A program made the translations under genes and the position numbers. A DNA stretch of 64,000 bases from Caldilineaceae bacterium. Lineage in GTDB: Bacteria; Chloroflexota; Anaerolineae; Caldilineales; Caldilineaceae. The notes under the pieces are model-generated. The model was given only the letters and a program-made list of their open reading frames with translations, had not been told where the DNA came from and did no database searches. Shown one piece after another: positions 61,638 to 64,000 of the stretch. The stretch spans positions 42,907 through 106,906 of the forward strand of contig JACKBA010000020.1 in the NCBI GenBank assembly GCA_020634815.1. The letters run 5' to 3'. Each line of letters begins with the position of its first letter. Position 1 is the first letter of the stretch.

Positions 61638-63008
61638 CTACTGCGCAGACTCGGCAAGTACGGCATTACCTTGTTCGCGCAGGGCGCTGGCAGCTTCTTC
61701 GGCACTCTGCTGTCCAAAGAGGAAGGGATCCCAGACCACCGGCCAGTAGACGTTGGTGATCAGATTGGCATGTCCGGCAACATCCGGCGGCGGCAACTTA
61801 CTGACTGTGGGTTCGACCTCACCAATATAATCGAACATCTGCTTCTGGGGAACATCCAACAGCGGACCGAGTGCGTCACGCACCACCGACGACACCGGTA
61901 CTCCGCGCTCCGCCATCAGTACCTTGTTGGCATCGACGCTGTTAGTGAAGAAGTCGATGAACATCGCCGCTTCCTTGGGATGCTTGGCCTGCGACGTAAT
62001 CGAGAAGAACTGGCTCGGCTTAAGATAGTTGGCAGAGGCGCCGCCTTCCGGGCGCGGCATCGGCACGAGAATGAAGTTGCGACCTTCGCCGGCCGCCGTC
62101 GCCACCGCAACGATCTGGTTGCTCCAGATGTAGGTCATTGCAGCCTCGCCGGTAACAATCTTGTTTTGCTCAACGCTCGAGCCGGTTTCGGCAATCTCCT
62201 GTTCGCGCGTCATGGTGACGCCGGCATCTTGCATCCGCTTGACCATGGTCATATAGTCGATGAGCGATTGGTCGTTCTCGTAACCGAGAGCTGTACCATC
62301 TTCGTTGTAGACCCACTCGCCCTGGCTGAGAAACAGGTTTTTCCACAGTTGCTCGTTGCTTAGGCCACCGGAGAACCCCCATATCCCTAGCTTTTCATGC
62401 AGAGCTGTAGCAAGTGCCTCCAGATCGGCAAAGGTCCAATCGAGCGCGGGCGCTTCCAGACCGGCTTCGGCCAGTTTGTCCGCGTCGATCACTACCACCA
62501 TGGAATTGGTGCCCAGGTTGACCCCATACAGCTTACCATCAAGTCGCCCACCGGACAGGGCAGACTCGGAGACGTCAGCCAGGTTGAGCGTGCCGTCGGC
62601 TGCGTATTCGTCCATCGGTGAGAGCAAGCCGCGCGAAACCCATTCCTCTAGACGGGCATAGTCCTGCTGCATGACGTCGGGCAGATTGCCACCGGCCGCT
62701 TCTGTCGTCAATAGCGTCCAGTAGTCATCCCAACTGGAGAACTCATAGGTAATCTTGACATCTGGGTGAAGTTCTTCGAATTGCTGGATGACGGCGATAG
62801 TGCGATCGTGACGATTCTGCGAACCCCACCAGGCAACGCGTAGTTCGATGGGTTCGCCGCCTGTGCTCTCCGCCGCTGTGGTGTCCACGGTAGCGCCCGC
62901 GTCACTGGCAGCCGGCGCTCCTGCTGGGGCAACGGCCGGCGCGCACGCGCTCAACACCAATGCCGCAACGACGAGCAGCATGGCAAGAACTGAGAGTCTG
63001 CTTCTCAT
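61638..63008 (-). CDS. Sugar ABC transporter substrate-binding lipoprotein
   Basis: Lipobox LSAC, LRVAWWGS and AGGNLPDVMQ; RBS AAGGAG. Confidence 0.93.
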   Translation of the reverse strand: MRSRLSVLAMLLVVAALVLSACAPAVAPAGAPAASDAGATVDTTAAESTGGEPIELRVAWWGSQNRHDRTIAVIQQFEELHPDVKITYEFSSWDDYWTLLTTEAAGGNLPDVMQQDYARLEEWVSRGLLSPMDEYAADGTLNLADVSESALSGGRLDGKLYGVNLGTNSMVVVIDADKLAEAGLEAPALDWTFADLEALATALHEKLGIWGFSGGLSNEQLWKNLFLSQGEWVYNEDGTALGYENDQSLIDYMTMVKRMQDAGVTMTREQEIAETGSSVEQNKIVTGEAAMTYIWSNQIVAVATAAGEGRNFILVPMPRPEGGASANYLKPSQFFSITSQAKHPKEAAMFIDFFTNSVDANKVLMAERGVPVSSVVRDALGPLLDVPQKQMFDYIGEVEPTVSKLPPPDVAGHANLITNVYWPVVWDPFLFGQQSAEEAASALREQGNAVLAESAQ

Positions 63009-63120
63009 TCGTGAGTCTCCTTTGTAAAGCTGAGTCTGAAAGTGAACTGGGGAAATCGGACCGATTTGCCGTGCCGGGCTGTGCAATTTTCGCCACTGGA
63101 CAAATCGAAAGAACCCGAGT

Positions 63121-63146
63121 ATCCTATATCGTATAGGATATAGGAT
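63121..63146. promoter_or_regulatory. Palindromic operator, probably for the divergent GntR regulator
   Basis: ATCCTATATC-gtatag-GATATAGGAT with nested ATCCTATA-tcg-TATAGGAT. Confidence 0.7.
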
Positions 63147-63195
63147 TCTTCCCTGAGCGTCAAGTACCCAATTTTTCACAACCTGGTGGCTGCCC

Positions 63196-63876
63196 ATGCG
63201 TCCAGTCTTTCGCAGCAAACCTGAAATCGTTCACGACATGTTGCGCTCGTCGATCATTCACGGCGAATATAGGCCCGGCGAGCGTCTGGTCATCGACGAA
63301 GTGGCCGCGCGGCTCGGCGTCAGCCAGATCCCGGTGCGCGAGGCCGTGCGCCAGTTGGAAGCGGATGGCTTGGTCACCGTCGAGCCATACACCGGCGCTA
63401 CCGTCACCCAATTCAACCCCGACCTGGCCTACGAGATCTTCGCCCTGCTCGAATCGCTGGAGGTCATCTGCGGGCGCCGCGCCTGCACCTGCATGAGCGA
63501 TACACAAGTGGACGAACTCGATGCAGTCGTCGGCCGGATGGATGGCTGTGTTACCGAGCCGGAACAGTGGTCGCAGTTGAACCGCGAATTCCACCTGCTC
63601 ATTTGCCGCTTCTCCGGTGTTCAGTTGATCGAGCGCATGTTGGAGAACACGCTCGACCACTGGGATCGCCTGCGCCTGAACTACGTCAAGGACGTGCTGC
63701 TCCACCGCATCCCCGCCGCGCAGCAGGAGCACCGCGCGATGATGGCGGCGTTCCGCCGGCGCGATGCCGACGCGATCGAGCAGTTGCTGCGCGACCACAA
63801 TCGCCACGCGCTGGCCGCCTACGTCGACCTGATGTTGCAGGAAGGATTTCTCGACCGCCGCGAAGGAGGCTGCTGA
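63196..63876 (+). CDS. GntR (FadR/FCD) family transcriptional regulator
   Basis: PGERL...LGVSQIPVREA HTH; NREFH and EHRAM FCD motifs. Confidence 0.93.
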   Translation: MRPVFRSKPEIVHDMLRSSIIHGEYRPGERLVIDEVAARLGVSQIPVREAVRQLEADGLVTVEPYTGATVTQFNPDLAYEIFALLESLEVICGRRACTCMSDTQVDELDAVVGRMDGCVTEPEQWSQLNREFHLLICRFSGVQLIERMLENTLDHWDRLRLNYVKDVLLHRIPAAQQEHRAMMAAFRRRDADAIEQLLRDHNRHALAAYVDLMLQEGFLDRREGGC

Positions 63877-64000
63877 TGGTTGTAGAAACAAGGCCCGCCG
63901 ATCGATCCGCCGAACGGCTCGATCCCGCCACGTTGCTCCGTCCCCGCCGCAAGATTACCGGCATCTCGGCCATCCTGCTGCCCTTTGCGGCGAACGGCGC
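63876..64000 (+). CDS. Dihydrodipicolinate synthase family protein, 5' part (truncated by window)
   Basis: ATG overlaps the GntR stop; RPRRKITGISAILLPF N-terminus. Confidence 0.6.
   Translation, partial: MVVETRPADRSAERLDPATLLRPRRKITGISAILLPFAANG

Overview
GC-rich bacterial chromosomal window; gene content and repeat families suggest a Chloroflexota (Caldilineaceae/Anaerolineae-like) genome, which is an inference. 1-29 kb is housekeeping and envelope: a tandem-domain pfkA, MBL hydrolase, TPR protein, GT-C/ILEI membrane protein, sugar-modifying enzymes, glycosyltransferases, recJ, udk, a dnaQ-dinG fusion, a beta-propeller/TM/STAND ATPase receptor with a partner ATPase, and a frameshifted higA. 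29.3-48.7 kb is an accessory defence hotspot. It holds toxin-antitoxin modules separated by palindromic REP-like repeats, and a direct-repeat-bounded unit with a 22.5 x 21-bp tandem array plus an unknown helical protein. It also holds a type I RM operon with embedded GmrSD and an IS1-like-disrupted OLD nuclease, followed by small Zn-finger, HExxH, HNH and MTase-HIT genes. 48.8-64 kb carries MscS plus a solute-binding protein, a candidate anti-SD sRNA, a phd-vapC module between duplicated GT2 5' ends, a palindromic 106-bp repeat array, an M14 peptidase, ctaG, and a GntR-regulated sugar ABC cluster. No rRNA, tRNA or CRISPR array was recognised. All calls come from reading motifs; no database searches were run.
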